DNA from: an uncultured Nitrospiraceae bacterium
GTDB taxonomy: Bacteria > Nitrospirota > Thermodesulfovibrionia > Thermodesulfovibrionales > Dissulfurispiraceae
NCBI GenBank assembly: GCA_963705105.1
Contig: CAVPIW010000012.1
Location: forward strand, 128,001-192,000
Reading direction: 5' to 3'
DNA: 64,000 nt
Shown here: piece after piece, positions 10,383 through 21,977 of the stretch
Layout: each line of letters begins with the position of its first letter
Position numbering within the stretch: the stretch's first letter is position 1
Program-made: the position numbers and the translations under genes
Notes under the pieces: model-generated
Database searches by the model: none
Seen by the model: the letters and a program-made list of their open reading frames with translations, nothing else
Told to the model about the DNA's origin: nothing

Positions 10383-12517
10383 CCAGGGAATCGATCATTG
10401 AGTATTTCCGGTCCAAAGTGACAAAGCCTCTCAGCTTCCACGAGATCGTCTACCTGATGCACCTCACGCCTCCCGAAAGGCGGCAGCTCAAGAGGTTCCT
10501 CAGGGATCTCGTCAGTGACGGGAAGATCGTCAGGACCCGAAAGGGTCTCTACGGGCCGCCTGAGGAGATGAGCCTCGTGACGGGATATTTCGATGCTCAT
10601 CGCGAGGGATACGGCTTCGTCGTCACCGGGAAGGCCGGGGAGCGTGACCTCTTCATTCCTGCCCGCTCCGTCTCCGGCGCCATGAACAACGACCGGGTGG
10701 TGGCGAGGATCGAGGACCGGCGACGGGGTGAGGGCAGGATCATCAGGGTCCTCGAAAGGGCTGCTTCCCGCATCGTCGGCACCGTCGACCACGGCAGGTC
10801 AGGCTGGTTCGTCGTGCCGAAAGGCGCTTCGGCGAACTTTGACGTCGCAGTCTCCCCGAAGGACAGGGCCGGCGCGAAACAAGGCGACCGGGTCGTCGCT
10901 GAGATCATCGAGTTCCCGACGGACAAGAGGATCCCCACGGGCAGGATCGTGAAAGTTCTCGGCGCCCCGGCTTCTCTCCGGGACGAGATCGAGGCGATCA
11001 TCGAAGAGTTTCATCTGCCCAGAAGATTTCCGCACGACGCACTGGATAAGGCGAAGGGACTGGATGCAGCGGCTCCCGCCGGCAGGGCGGGGCGGAGAAG
11101 AGACCTGCGGAGGCTCCCGACCGTCACTATCGACGGGGAAAGGGCGAGGGATTTCGACGACGCCGTCTCGATCGCCCGGCGCAAAGGCGGGTACCGCCTC
11201 TGGGTGCATGTCGCCGACGTGGGGCACTATGTGGGATGGAACACGCCGATCGATGCCGAGGCGCGGAAAAGGGGAACAAGCGTCTATTTTCCGGACCGTG
11301 TCATCCCCATGCTGCCGAAGCAGCTCTCCGAGGACCTCTGCAGCCTCGTTCCGCAGGAAGACAGACCCGCCGTCACCGTCGAGATGGATTTTGACGGAGA
11401 AGGCGAGCAGATCGCGTCAAAGGTCTATCCCAGCCTCATCAGGAGCGACGAGCGCATGACCTACACGTCGGTCAGAAAGATCCTCATCGACAGAGACACC
11501 GCCGAGAGGAGGAAATACGAACACCTCCTGGGCGGGTTCGAAACGATGGGGGAACTCTGCTCCATCCTCAAGGAGCGCAGGCTCCGCCGGGGCAGCCTCG
11601 ATTTCGATCTCCCCGAGCCGGATATCCTGCTCGACATTCAGGGAAATCCCGAGGCGGTCATGTCGGCGGAGAGGAATTTCGCCCACATGATCATCGAGGA
11701 GTTCATGATCGCCGCAAACGAGACCGTCGCAACGTATCTCACAAACCGGGACATCCCCTTGCTGTACCGGATCCATGAGCCCCCCGACGCGGACAAGCTC
11801 ATGGCGGTCCAGGGGGCGCTGGGCACTCTCAACATCTCCAGGAACCGGCGACAGGTGAGGGCTGCGGATATACCCAGCCTGCTGAAGGAGATCCGGGGCC
11901 TTCCCGGTGAGGACGTGTTCAATCACATGATCCTCCGATGTCTGAAGCAGGCCCGCTATGCCCCTGCCAATGCCGGCCATTTCGGGCTCGCCTCGGCCTG
12001 CTACACCCATTTCACCTCACCGATCAGGAGGTACCCCGATCTCGTCGTGCACAGGATCCTGAAAGAATTCATGAGGGGCGGGAAGACAGGTGACGCGAGG
12101 AAGCAGGAACTGGCATCAGCGCTTCCCGACATCGCCTTCCACTCGTCGATGATGGAACGCCGCGCCGATGCAGCCGAGCGCGCCGTCGTCGATGTCACAA
12201 AGGCCTGGTTCATGAAGGACCGGGTCGGTGAGGACTTCGGGGCCTCAGTCATCTCCGTCAACCCCTATGGTTTGAGGGTGCGTCTCAGGGATTTCTTCGT
12301 CGAGGCGTTCCTCCATCTCTCTTCCATGACCGACGATTTTTACCGGTACGACGAGAAGACGATGAGTCTCCGGGGGACGCACAGGAAAAGGGTCTTCACC
12401 ATCGGCGGGGAATTGCGTGTGAGGATCGACAGGGTCGACATCGAGGAGCGCACCGTTTTGGCGGGGCTGTGCCCCGAAGGAGGACGTCATGGATCTGTAT
12501 CTCGTGCAGCACGCTGA
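10379..12517 (+). CDS. rnr: ribonuclease R
   Basis: Cold-shock domains, TIDGERARDFDDA, IEEFMIAANE, HFTSPIRRYPDL, C-terminal S1. Confidence 0.95.
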   Translation: MTRESIIEYFRSKVTKPLSFHEIVYLMHLTPPERRQLKRFLRDLVSDGKIVRTRKGLYGPPEEMSLVTGYFDAHREGYGFVVTGKAGERDLFIPARSVSGAMNNDRVVARIEDRRRGEGRIIRVLERAASRIVGTVDHGRSGWFVVPKGASANFDVAVSPKDRAGAKQGDRVVAEIIEFPTDKRIPTGRIVKVLGAPASLRDEIEAIIEEFHLPRRFPHDALDKAKGLDAAAPAGRAGRRRDLRRLPTVTIDGERARDFDDAVSIARRKGGYRLWVHVADVGHYVGWNTPIDAEARKRGTSVYFPDRVIPMLPKQLSEDLCSLVPQEDRPAVTVEMDFDGEGEQIASKVYPSLIRSDERMTYTSVRKILIDRDTAERRKYEHLLGGFETMGELCSILKERRLRRGSLDFDLPEPDILLDIQGNPEAVMSAERNFAHMIIEEFMIAANETVATYLTNRDIPLLYRIHEPPDADKLMAVQGALGTLNISRNRRQVRAADIPSLLKEIRGLPGEDVFNHMILRCLKQARYAPANAGHFGLASACYTHFTSPIRRYPDLVVHRILKEFMRGGKTGDARKQELASALPDIAFHSSMMERRADAAERAVVDVTKAWFMKDRVGEDFGASVISVNPYGLRVRLRDFFVEAFLHLSSMTDDFYRYDEKTMSLRGTHRKRVFTIGGELRVRIDRVDIEERTVLAGLCPEGGRHGSVSRAAR

Positions 12518-12950
12518 AGCGAAAAAGGAGGACGAGGACCCGGCCCGGCCGCTTAGCGACAAGGGCGTCGCCGATATCACCAGGGTGGCACAGGCCGTTC
12601 TGCCGCTCCTTCACGGCATCGAAACCGTATTTCACAGCGGCAAGCTGAGGGCACGGCAGACGGCAGAGATCCTGGCCCGCCATGTGGAGCCGGCAGGCGG
12701 CATCCGCGAGTCCGACGGCCTCGCCCCTCTCGACGATCCTGCCCTGTGGGCGGAACGGTTAAAAGGCATGGACAGGCCTGTCATCCTGGTCGGTCATATG
12801 CCCCATCTCGAAAAGCTTTCCCTTGCCCTGCTGACGGCCGAAAAGGACAGGGCCATGGCGACCTTCACGATGGGAGTCATGCTCTGCCTCCGGAGGGATG
12901 ACGAGGGAACCTGGACCGTCGGCTGGCGGGTGACGCCCGGCGAGGTGTGA
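12489..12950 (+). CDS. sixA: phosphohistidine phosphatase SixA
   Basis: LYLVQHAEA, RPLS, RARQTA, LVGHMP. Confidence 0.88.
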   Translation: MDLYLVQHAEAKKEDEDPARPLSDKGVADITRVAQAVLPLLHGIETVFHSGKLRARQTAEILARHVEPAGGIRESDGLAPLDDPALWAERLKGMDRPVILVGHMPHLEKLSLALLTAEKDRAMATFTMGVMLCLRRDDEGTWTVGWRVTPGEV

Positions 12951-12963
12951 CGGGACGGCGCAA

Positions 12964-13443
12964 ATGAAGGCCCTGCTCTGGATCCTCAGCATCGCCTGTG
13001 TGGCAGCGGGTATCGCCGGCACTCTTTTGCCCGCGCTCCCCGGGGCGCCCCTCGTCTTCGGAGGCCTCCTGCTTGCCGCATGGATCGACGGATTTCAGAA
13101 AGTGGGCCTGCCGACGATCATGGTCCTGGCCGTCCTCACGGGGTTGTCGATAGCAGTGGATTTCATCTCTTCCATGCTCGGGGCACAGCGGGTCGGCGCC
13201 AGCCGGACGGCCGTCATCGGCGCTGCAGCCGGGACCGTAATCGGTCTCTTCTTCGGCCTGCCGGGCATCGTCTTTGGTCCATTTATCGGGGCGGTCCTCG
13301 GGGAGTACCGGGCGAGGAGGGATCTCGCCGGGGCCGGCAGGGCGGGTTTCGGCACGTGGCTTGGTTTCATCTTCGGCGCTGTCACGAAGCTCGTCCTTGC
13401 CTTCGTGATGGTGGGAATATTCGTCGCGGCCTACATTATCTGA
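12964..13443 (+). CDS. DUF456 family membrane protein
   Basis: GTLLPALPG...GPFIGAVLGE pattern; hydrophobic. Confidence 0.85.
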   Translation: MKALLWILSIACVAAGIAGTLLPALPGAPLVFGGLLLAAWIDGFQKVGLPTIMVLAVLTGLSIAVDFISSMLGAQRVGASRTAVIGAAAGTVIGLFFGLPGIVFGPFIGAVLGEYRARRDLAGAGRAGFGTWLGFIFGAVTKLVLAFVMVGIFVAAYII

Positions 13444-13549
13444 TAGTGGCAGCCTCTTGCAGACATTAATCCAAGGCAGATTGAATCATAGCCTCCGTTC
13501 CCGACAAACCTCCCTGGCTCAAAGTCCTCTGTTGTGCCGGCCGAAAGCA

Positions 13550-13605
13550 GCCTGACGTTCCGGTTCCGCGGCGGCGGTAAGCCGCCGCTGAACCGGTCGT
13601 TAGCC
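13550..13605 (-). other. attC-like site downstream of katG
   Basis: Minus strand GGCTAAC-GACC-GGTTCAGCGGCGGC...GCCGCCGCGGAACCGG-AAC-GTCAGGC; R' degenerate (GTC). Confidence 0.6.
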
Positions 13606-13657
13606 GACCCGTTTTTCGTCGCCCTGTCAGAAGCCCTCGAAGACGTCTATGCTGCGA

Positions 13658-15871
<2,214 letters not shown>

Positions 15872-16315
15872 TCAGCCTTTTCTGCACTTGCTGCAGAGAC
15901 CCTCAAGCACTACCTTTTTACTTATCACCGTAAACTGTTTGTTGAGTTCTTCAGGGACCGTTATGTTGTCATACTCTTTGTTGTGAAAGTCTGTTATGCT
16001 GCCGCACTGAATACATCTGAAATGATGATGAATATCCACATCAGGATCATATCGCTTTGCCTGCCCGTACCCCTCAACTACATTTGTAATACCAATTGTC
16101 GAGAATGTCAGGAGAGTTCTGTTGACCGTATCGAATGAAATATTCGGTATCTTCTTGACGATTCTCTTATAAATGTCATCAGCAGTAGGGTGATCCTTTG
16201 CTTTCAGAAGTTCCTGATAAATGATGGTTCGCTGAGGAGTTATTTTCAGCCCGTGCTTCCTGGATCGCTGATAAAACATTTCTATTTTTTTATTTTGCTG
16301 TAATTTCGATTCCAT
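15872..16315 (-). CDS. Fur-family regulator (PerR-like)
   Basis: KITPQR, DHPTADDIY, HHHFRCIQC, C-terminal CSKC; directly upstream of katG. Confidence 0.9.
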   Translation of the reverse strand: MESKLQQNKKIEMFYQRSRKHGLKITPQRTIIYQELLKAKDHPTADDIYKRIVKKIPNISFDTVNRTLLTFSTIGITNVVEGYGQAKRYDPDVDIHHHFRCIQCGSITDFHNKEYDNITVPEELNKQFTVISKKVVLEGLCSKCRKG

Positions 16316-16322
16316 ATTGTAA

Positions 16323-16351
16323 ACTATATAGTAATAATTCTTAATTGTCAA
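16323..16351 (-). promoter_or_regulatory. sigma70 promoter with a Fur/Per-box-like AT-rich spacer
   Basis: TTGACA-17 nt (ATTAAGAATTATTACTA)-TATAGT, 7 nt before the ATG. Confidence 0.75.
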
Positions 16352-16395
16352 TATTTATTTTTGACTGTCCCCTTCCAAACCGTTGAATGTTATAT

Positions 16396-16533
16396 CTTAT
16401 CGTTGCAATACACCCCCGGGAAAGGCGGGGCGTATGCGCCGAAACCCTTGCTGCGGCGACACCTTTGCCCTCCCATGAAGACGTTTTCAGGCAAAGGGCT
16501 GAAAAAGGTGACCCTTTTACGGACACTCACACT
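16396..16533 (+). repeat. MITE-like repeat, copy B (3' end missing)
   Basis: Near-identical to copies at 50183, 53194 and 62667. Confidence 0.85.
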
Positions 16534-16763
16534 TTTCTTGGAACAGTCCTGCTGTACTTCAGGTACAGGTCTTCCACCTTCGTTCTCGCCCATGGGGTCT
16601 TCCGTAAGAACTGCAGGCTGGACTTGATGCTCGGGTCATTGGTAAAGCATCGTATCTTGATGATCTGCCCCAATTTCTCCCACCCATGATGCTCCACCAG
16701 ACGGTTAAGCATCATTTCCAGCGTCACACCATGAAGAGGATCTTTATGGTGATGGGTGCTCAT
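16527..16763 (-). CDS. DUF2132/VF530 family small protein
   Basis: [40 protein letters not shown]. Confidence 0.9.
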   Translation of the reverse strand: MSTHHHKDPLHGVTLEMMLNRLVEHHGWEKLGQIIKIRCFTNDPSIKSSLQFLRKTPWARTKVEDLYLKYSRTVPRKV

Positions 16764-17130
16764 GTCCATCCGTCTTTTGTGCGTATGCTTTCCGGTTCGC
16801 CGGCGCCTTTCCCTGGTCCAAAGCATCGAGGAATTCCTGAACAGGTGCGGGATCGTATTTCCGCATCAACGAGCCGATATACTGCATCTGCCGGGCAAAA
16901 GGGCCGTGTTTCTTTATGGTCTTCGCCGCCTTCACGGCATTTAGAATATCTTCGGTCAAACCAATCTGTTTGAGCTGCTCATCCGACAACTTCACCAGTC
17001 GTTCACCCAGGGCCTGCAGGGACAGCGCCGCTTTTTTCTTCTGAGTTCTGCTCAAGCGCACCAGATGCTCTCCTTGCTCCTGCCCGGCTTTCGCTGTATT
17101 CTTTAGGTCTTTTTTGCGCACCAGTCCCAT
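16744..17130 (-). CDS. yjgA: YjgA/DUF615 ribosome-associated protein (short or 3'-frameshifted)
   Basis: [30 protein letters not shown]. Confidence 0.8.
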   Translation of the reverse strand: MGLVRKKDLKNTAKAGQEQGEHLVRLSRTQKKKAALSLQALGERLVKLSDEQLKQIGLTEDILNAVKAAKTIKKHGPFARQMQYIGSLMRKYDPAPVQEFLDALDQGKAPANRKAYAQKTDGHEHPSP

Positions 17131-17182
17131 ATATCCACCGTCTTATCAGATCAATTTATGCGAATTCTTTCACAACGGAACC

Positions 17183-18456
17183 CAGTAGTGTCCGGTAAAA
17201 ATTAAGAGGGTATGGCCTGAAACCCCAACTTGTTGGATAATAGAAGGCGACCAAACCTTTTACCAGCAAGGAGGAACAGGCCATGAACAAAGTATACACG
17301 ATCTTTTCGGAACTATTGAAGCTTGTCCCGAGATATCGTTTTGACAAAGCAGTTGACGCCCACGGAGCGGAGCGATACGTGAAGACGTTCAACGCATGGA
17401 GCCACTTTACCGCCATGCTATATTCACAGATAACCGGCAAGGATAGCCTGCGCGACATCGAAACAGGACTGCAGGCGCAGTCGGCCCGCTGGTATCACTT
17501 GGGATTCTCCGGTGTTCGGCGAAGCACACTGGCTGATGCCAATGCCAAGAGAGACTATCGGGTCTTTGAGGACACGTTCTACCGGTTGCTGGATCGGTGC
17601 CGTGACCTGACGCCGAAGCATCGCTTTCGGTTCAAGAACCCTCTGTATACGATTGACGCAACGACAGTTGACCTGTGCCTTTCTCTGTATCCCTGGGCCA
17701 AATTCAGAACGACCAAGGGTGCCATAAAAATGCATTGTCTGTATGACCATTCGGGAGCACTCCCGACATTTCTGACAGTCACCGACGGCAAGAAACACGA
17801 TGTGCGTGTGGTCAAAGAGTCTGATTTCCCGCTGACTCCGGACAGCATCGTTTCGATCGACAAGGCATATATTGACTACACGTGGTTGTATTCCTTGCAG
17901 AAACAGAGGGTGTGGTTTGTCACCAGAGCCAAACGCAACATTGATTGTACCGTTGTCGGACAGCATCCGGTCAGTGCAAAAGCAGTGCTGAGCGACGAAC
18001 AGATCATGTTGCAGGGCCCCCGGAGCAAGACACTTTATCCAGAGGTTCTCCGGCTCATCAGGTATTACGATGCAGAACGGAAGAAGACCTTGGTGTTTCT
18101 GACGAACAACTTCAAGCTGGCCGCGACGACGATCGCCCAGATCTACAAGTCACGCTGGCAGATAGAGTTGTTTTTCAAGTGGATCAAACAGAACCTGAAG
18201 ATCAAGTCGTTTCTGGGTACCAGCAAGAACGCCGTGCTGACACAGGTCTGGGTAGCCATGTGCTATTATCTGCTGCTCAGCTACATCAAATATCAAACAA
18301 AATACGGAAGTTCTCTGCTGCAGTTGTGCCGTGTGGTCCGTGAAACGCTCTTTGAGCGGAGGAGCCTGATCGACATTCTGACGCTCAAGCCCGATAAGTT
18401 GCTCGCCATGAAGGATCAGAGCGCTCAGGGATCGTTATTTTAACCGGACAGTACTG
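17183..18456 (+). mobile_element. IS4-family element, copy 1 (1274 bp; transposase 17283-18443)
   Basis: TIRs CAGTAGTGTCCGG / CCGGACAGTACTG; IDATT, DKAY, YKSRWQIELFFKWIKQ. Confidence 0.95.
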
Positions 18457-18477
18457 GGAATAGTGATAAAATAAGTC

Positions 18478-18708
18478 ATGCACTTCAAGATAACTGGTCA
18501 AATCAGGAACATCGAAACGATTGCTTCTGGTCATGGCATCAAGAATCTGAAACGACTGAATAGAACATATGGCAATGCAAATTGGCGAAAACTGAAGGGA
18601 ATATGTCGCGTGAAGCTCAGCGATGGAGCAGTGATGAACGCTGAAGTTCATTGGTACGAAGGGCACGGCATAGGAAAAAAAGAAATCAAAATCAAAAGAT
18701 ATCTCTAA
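18478..18708 (+). CDS. Small basic protein, first gene of a two-gene cassette (putative toxin)
   Basis: 76 aa, WRKLKG...AEVHWYEGHGIG; closely followed by a small acidic-motif gene. Confidence 0.75.
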   Translation: MHFKITGQIRNIETIASGHGIKNLKRLNRTYGNANWRKLKGICRVKLSDGAVMNAEVHWYEGHGIGKKEIKIKRYL

Positions 18709-18722
18709 CGGAGCAATTGATT

Positions 18723-18944
18723 ATGAAAAGACACTTTATGATCTGCGTTAACAATCGGGGGTACGAGGCATCACTTGAGGTCCGAAAAATATACGAAGTA
18801 CTATCGGACAAAATAGCAGCACAACATCATCAACTAAGGGTGGTAGATGAATCGGGAGAAGATTATTTGTACCCAGAAGATTATTTCTCACCCGTCCGCC
18901 TGCCTTCCGAAACTAAAGAAAAATTAGAATTAACGGCAGCATAA
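18723..18944 (+). CDS. Small protein, second gene of the cassette (putative antitoxin)
   Basis: YEASLEVRKIYEV..RVVDESGEDYLYP; stop codon lies in attC R'' GCATAAC at 18939. Confidence 0.75.
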   Translation: MKRHFMICVNNRGYEASLEVRKIYEVLSDKIAAQHHQLRVVDESGEDYLYPEDYFSPVRLPSETKEKLELTAA

Positions 18945-18990
18945 CGAGTCGCTGCGAGGGATCGGCGCGATGCTCATGCCTCCCCATCAG

Positions 18991-19390
18991 GATCAAGGGA
19001 ACGCTCTTCCCTGACGTGCCGGGCATCAGTTCCTCCGTCCGGATTCTTCGCTGTCCCTGAGCTCATGGAATCGCCTCCCTCATGTCCACGTGCGGGCCTT
19101 CCTTCCGGGTTACCGGAAGTACTATGCCGTCTGCTGACTTCTGCGTGCTGACCGGATATGTTTCCTACAGCCGCCGCATTTACCCTATCCCCTGAACCTG
19201 CGGGCTTCGTTGTGTTGTGCCAACTCGCCCGGGGACTGCGCCTTGTATGCGGTTTCTGTTCCGCGGATCAGGTCCGGGGCAGGCTCTTGCCTTCGGCCCG
19301 AACTTGTGATAGCATCCATTAGTATGAATACTCTCAGGTTCTCGTACAGTGAACGTTCACCCCATAACCTCACGCCCATGCCGGGCGTAC
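18991..19390 (-). mobile_element. Group IIC(-attC) intron remnant 1: 5' end and domains I-III, no RT ORF
   Basis: Minus strand starts GTACGCCCGGCATGGGCG; contains CAGAAGTCAGCAGACGGCATAGTA; homologous to 20070-20183. Confidence 0.75.
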
Positions 19391-19462
19391 ACGACGCCTT
19401 ACCCGGTGCAACAACAAAATAGATGCCAATAGAATCGTAATGGTAATATAATAGGCATTGAG

Positions 19463-19712
19463 ATGAGTTCGGACGTATATACATTTACTGACTACTTCGA
19501 AAAAGGAGGTCTTGAGGAAACGGCCGTATTTAAAGAAAGAATGGTGTATCCGTATAATTGAAAACCCCTTGCGTATCGAACCTCAGGAGCACAATCGTTT
19601 TCGCTTCTGGGGTGCAGTCCCGGAACTTGGGGATCGAGTAGTGCGGGTAGTCACTCTCAGCGACAAGAAGACCATTCACAACGCCTTTCCAGACCGGGGG
19701 GTCAAATTATGA
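19463..19712 (+). CDS. Putative toxin (DUF4258/RelE-like) paired with DUF2283; 1-nt frameshift in the A-run near 19500
   Basis: MSSDVYTFTDYFE + VLRKRPY...RVVTLSDKKTIHNAFPDR; overlaps the next gene. Confidence 0.65.
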
Positions 19713-19924
19713 AACTGAATTATTACCCGGACACAGACTCTCTCTACATCGACCTTTCTGAAAAACCAAGCGCAGAAAGCCGTGAGATATCTGAGGGAGT
19801 TGTTCTGGACTATGATGCAGACGGAAATCTGGTAGGCATCGATATTGACAACGCCAGCAAGAAGGTCCAGCTTAGAGAATTGAGTCTGAAGAAGTTGCCA
19901 GCAGACATTTACTCAGCAGCATAA
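19709..19924 (+). CDS. DUF2283 family protein (putative antitoxin)
   Basis: MKLNYYPDTDSLYIDL...DYDADGNLVGIDI. Confidence 0.88.
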   Translation: MKLNYYPDTDSLYIDLSEKPSAESREISEGVVLDYDADGNLVGIDIDNASKKVQLRELSLKKLPADIYSAA

Positions 19925-20183
19925 TCGGGTAGGGGACGGTAGCTAACCGTCCCTCCCCACACCACCCATCGTACGGGTCCGTACCGGGCGGTTCGCGGAA
20001 ATCATCGGGCCGTAGCCGGATATCGAATCCAAATCTGCAATGAGCACAACTGTTCTCGCTGAGACCAGATCGAGGGAAAGCATTCCCTGACGCGCCGGGG
20101 ATCGGCTCCTCCTGTCGGACTCACCGCCGTCTGAGAGCTCATACAAGCGTCATCCTCATGCCCACGTTCGGGCCTTCCTTCCG
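19924..20183 (-). mobile_element. Group IIC(-attC) intron remnant 2: domains II-VI, ORF-less, inserted in attC R''
   Basis: Domain V GAACCGCCCGGTACGGACCCGTACGATGGGTGGTGTG; domain VI ending CCCCTACCCGAT; junction GCATA|intron. Confidence 0.85.
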
Positions 20184-20371
20184 CTGGTGACGATGAGAAG
20201 CACTCGGAAACCGAAAACCGCTTCTATGCTCTCGGACAGACAGACTCTCGGAGGCTCTTGTTCTTGGTCTTTACGGTGCGCAAGGACAAATTGAGGGTTA
20301 TATCCGCGAGAGACATGAATGAGAAAGAAAGGAGGGCGTACCAAACCCATGAAGACGATTCCCCAGTTTAA
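20183..20371 (+). pseudogene. brnT: BrnT toxin, N-terminally deleted
   Basis: Reads DEKHSETENRFYALGQTD..LFLVFTVRKDKLRVISARDM; 5' end replaced by intron sequence. Confidence 0.8.
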
Positions 20372-20663
20372 GAGCGAAGAAGAAGAGAGGGATTTCTGGA
20401 AGACTCATGATTCCACGGAGTATGTAAACTGGAAGAAGGCAGAAAGGATCACCTTGGCCAAGCTGAAGCCCTCCGTAAAGACGATTTCCCTGCGTCTTCC
20501 AGAGGCCATGCTTGAGGAGTTGAAATTGCTGGCCAACAAGCGCGATGTGCCCTACCAGTCTCTGGTTAAGGTCTTCTTATCCGACAGGATCGAACAAGAA
20601 CTCACGGCAAAAAGGCATATCAAGTCGTTGCACCGGATCGCCAAAAAAGCTGGCTCCCGGTGA
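20349..20663 (+). CDS. BrnA/CopG-type antitoxin
   Basis: IPQFKSEEEERDFWKTHDSTEY..TISLRLP..DVPYQSLVK. Confidence 0.85.
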   Translation: MKTIPQFKSEEEERDFWKTHDSTEYVNWKKAERITLAKLKPSVKTISLRLPEAMLEELKLLANKRDVPYQSLVKVFLSDRIEQELTAKRHIKSLHRIAKKAGSR

Positions 20664-20678
20664 TGCCCGACGTTACGC
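20615..20678 (+). other. attC site
   Basis: GCATATC...CACCGGA..CCGGTG...GTTACGC. Confidence 0.75.
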
Positions 20679-20709
20679 ATACGTACAGTAATTGCCCGAG
20701 CGGCAGTTG

Positions 20710-20728
20710 GTATGATATTATGTCATAC
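20710..20728 (+). promoter_or_regulatory. Palindromic operator overlapping an extended -10 of the MazEF-like cassette
   Basis: GTATGA-N7-TCATAC overlapping TGgTATGAT. Confidence 0.55.
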
Positions 20729-20749
20729 TGTCGTCAGGAGGGAGAGCGG

Positions 20750-20992
20750 ATGGCCAAAGAAAAAATAGCGATTACACTGGATAAGGAGTTCATTGGCGAA
20801 TTAGATGGGCTGGTGAAGAGACATGTGTATCAGAGTCGTAGTCAGGTTATACAGGAAGCAGTGAGTGAAAAGCTGTTGCGATTGAAACGAAGCCGGCTGG
20901 CCATCGAATGCGCCAAGCTCGACCGCGTAGCTGAGAAAGCAATGGCCGAGGAAGGACTAAGTGAGGATGTGGCCCAATGGCCCGAATACTGA
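20750..20992 (+). CDS. Ribbon-helix-helix antitoxin
   Basis: KIAITLD...SRSQVIQEAV; ends WPEY overlapping the toxin gene. Confidence 0.85.
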   Translation: MAKEKIAITLDKEFIGELDGLVKRHVYQSRSQVIQEAVSEKLLRLKRSRLAIECAKLDRVAEKAMAEEGLSEDVAQWPEY

Positions 20993-21312
20993 GAGGAGAG
21001 ATTCGATGGGCAGACTTGAACCCCACGCGAGGTCGCGAGCAGGCCGGACTTCGTCCTGTCGTGATTCTGAGTCACGACATTTTTAACGAGCGTTCCGGAA
21101 CTGTCATAGCCGTCGCTATCACAAGTCAGCCCCCAAAAGCGGGGTTCCCTTTAACGCTCGAACTGAAAGCCGGCAATCTGCCAAAACAGTCATGGGTCAA
21201 GATTAGTCAGATCAGAACGCTCTCAGTAGAGAGAATCGGAAAGCTCGTGGCCAAGGCTTCTCAGGAGGAAATGATTCAGGTGGTCGAAGGTCTAAACGAG
21301 ATTATTGCGTAA
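20977..21312 (+). CDS. PemK/MazF family toxin
   Basis: RGEIRWADLNPTRGREQAGLRPVVILS..SQIRTLS. Confidence 0.92.
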   Translation: MARILRGEIRWADLNPTRGREQAGLRPVVILSHDIFNERSGTVIAVAITSQPPKAGFPLTLELKAGNLPKQSWVKISQIRTLSVERIGKLVAKASQEEMIQVVEGLNEIIA

Positions 21313-21364
21313 CCACTCCACGCAGCCGACCTCGTAAACTCGGCGGCTGATTTCATTGTCCGGT
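21307..21364 (+). other. attC site (degenerate R')
   Basis: R'' GCGTAAC is complementary to the preceding GTTACGC; CAGCCG..CGGCTG stem; ends GTCCGGT. Confidence 0.7.
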
Positions 21365-21520
21365 TTCCCAGTATACGGAACTATTATTGACCCAATGCTC
21401 TCTCGAAATCGGTTTATTTAATATTTGCCGATATCCCCAATTGGGGGATTCTATTATAAGAGACAACGGATAACATGAGACGATTTGCTGGCGTTTCAAG
21501 TCTTAAAAAGGAGAGTGGCT

Positions 21521-21963
21521 ATGGATTATTTTCAAATGACTGCCCCCTGTGGGGCCTTGACTGCCTCAATTGTCATTTCTTTTTGGCCCCTGAAGACAAG
21601 GAAGCAATGAGCACCGTTAAGACACTTTCTGAGAAGTTCAACATTCCTGTTGCACTAATGCTCTGCAATGGATGTCGTAAACACAATGGCCAAATCCCCA
21701 TACAAAAACAAATTTTCGGTGACGCACATCGTTGTGCGGCCTATGAGTGTTCCCAAAGCAAGGGTCTGAAGTTTTGTGGGGCATGCGACCAGTTTCCTTG
21801 CGACAACCTGCACCCCTATGCCGACAAAGCCAGCGACCTACCACACAACATTAAAATCTTCAATCTGTGCTTGATTAATAAAATGGGTTTGGAAAAATGG
21901 GCCGAGTCCAAGGCATCTGAAGTTCGTAAAGTCTTATTTACGAAACCTTGGACTTTGACCTAA
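21521..21963 (+). CDS. DUF3795-like Cys-rich protein; frameshift in the G-run near 21552
   Basis: MDYFQMTAPC-GLDCLNC...CNGCR..C..YEC..FCGACDQFPC. Confidence 0.75.
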
Positions 21964-21977
21964 TCAAAGGTTCCGTT

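Noticed and set aside
18991..20183. Intron-like RNA as part of a retron or DGR
   Set aside because: No reverse transcriptase in the window; motifs are those of group IIC introns
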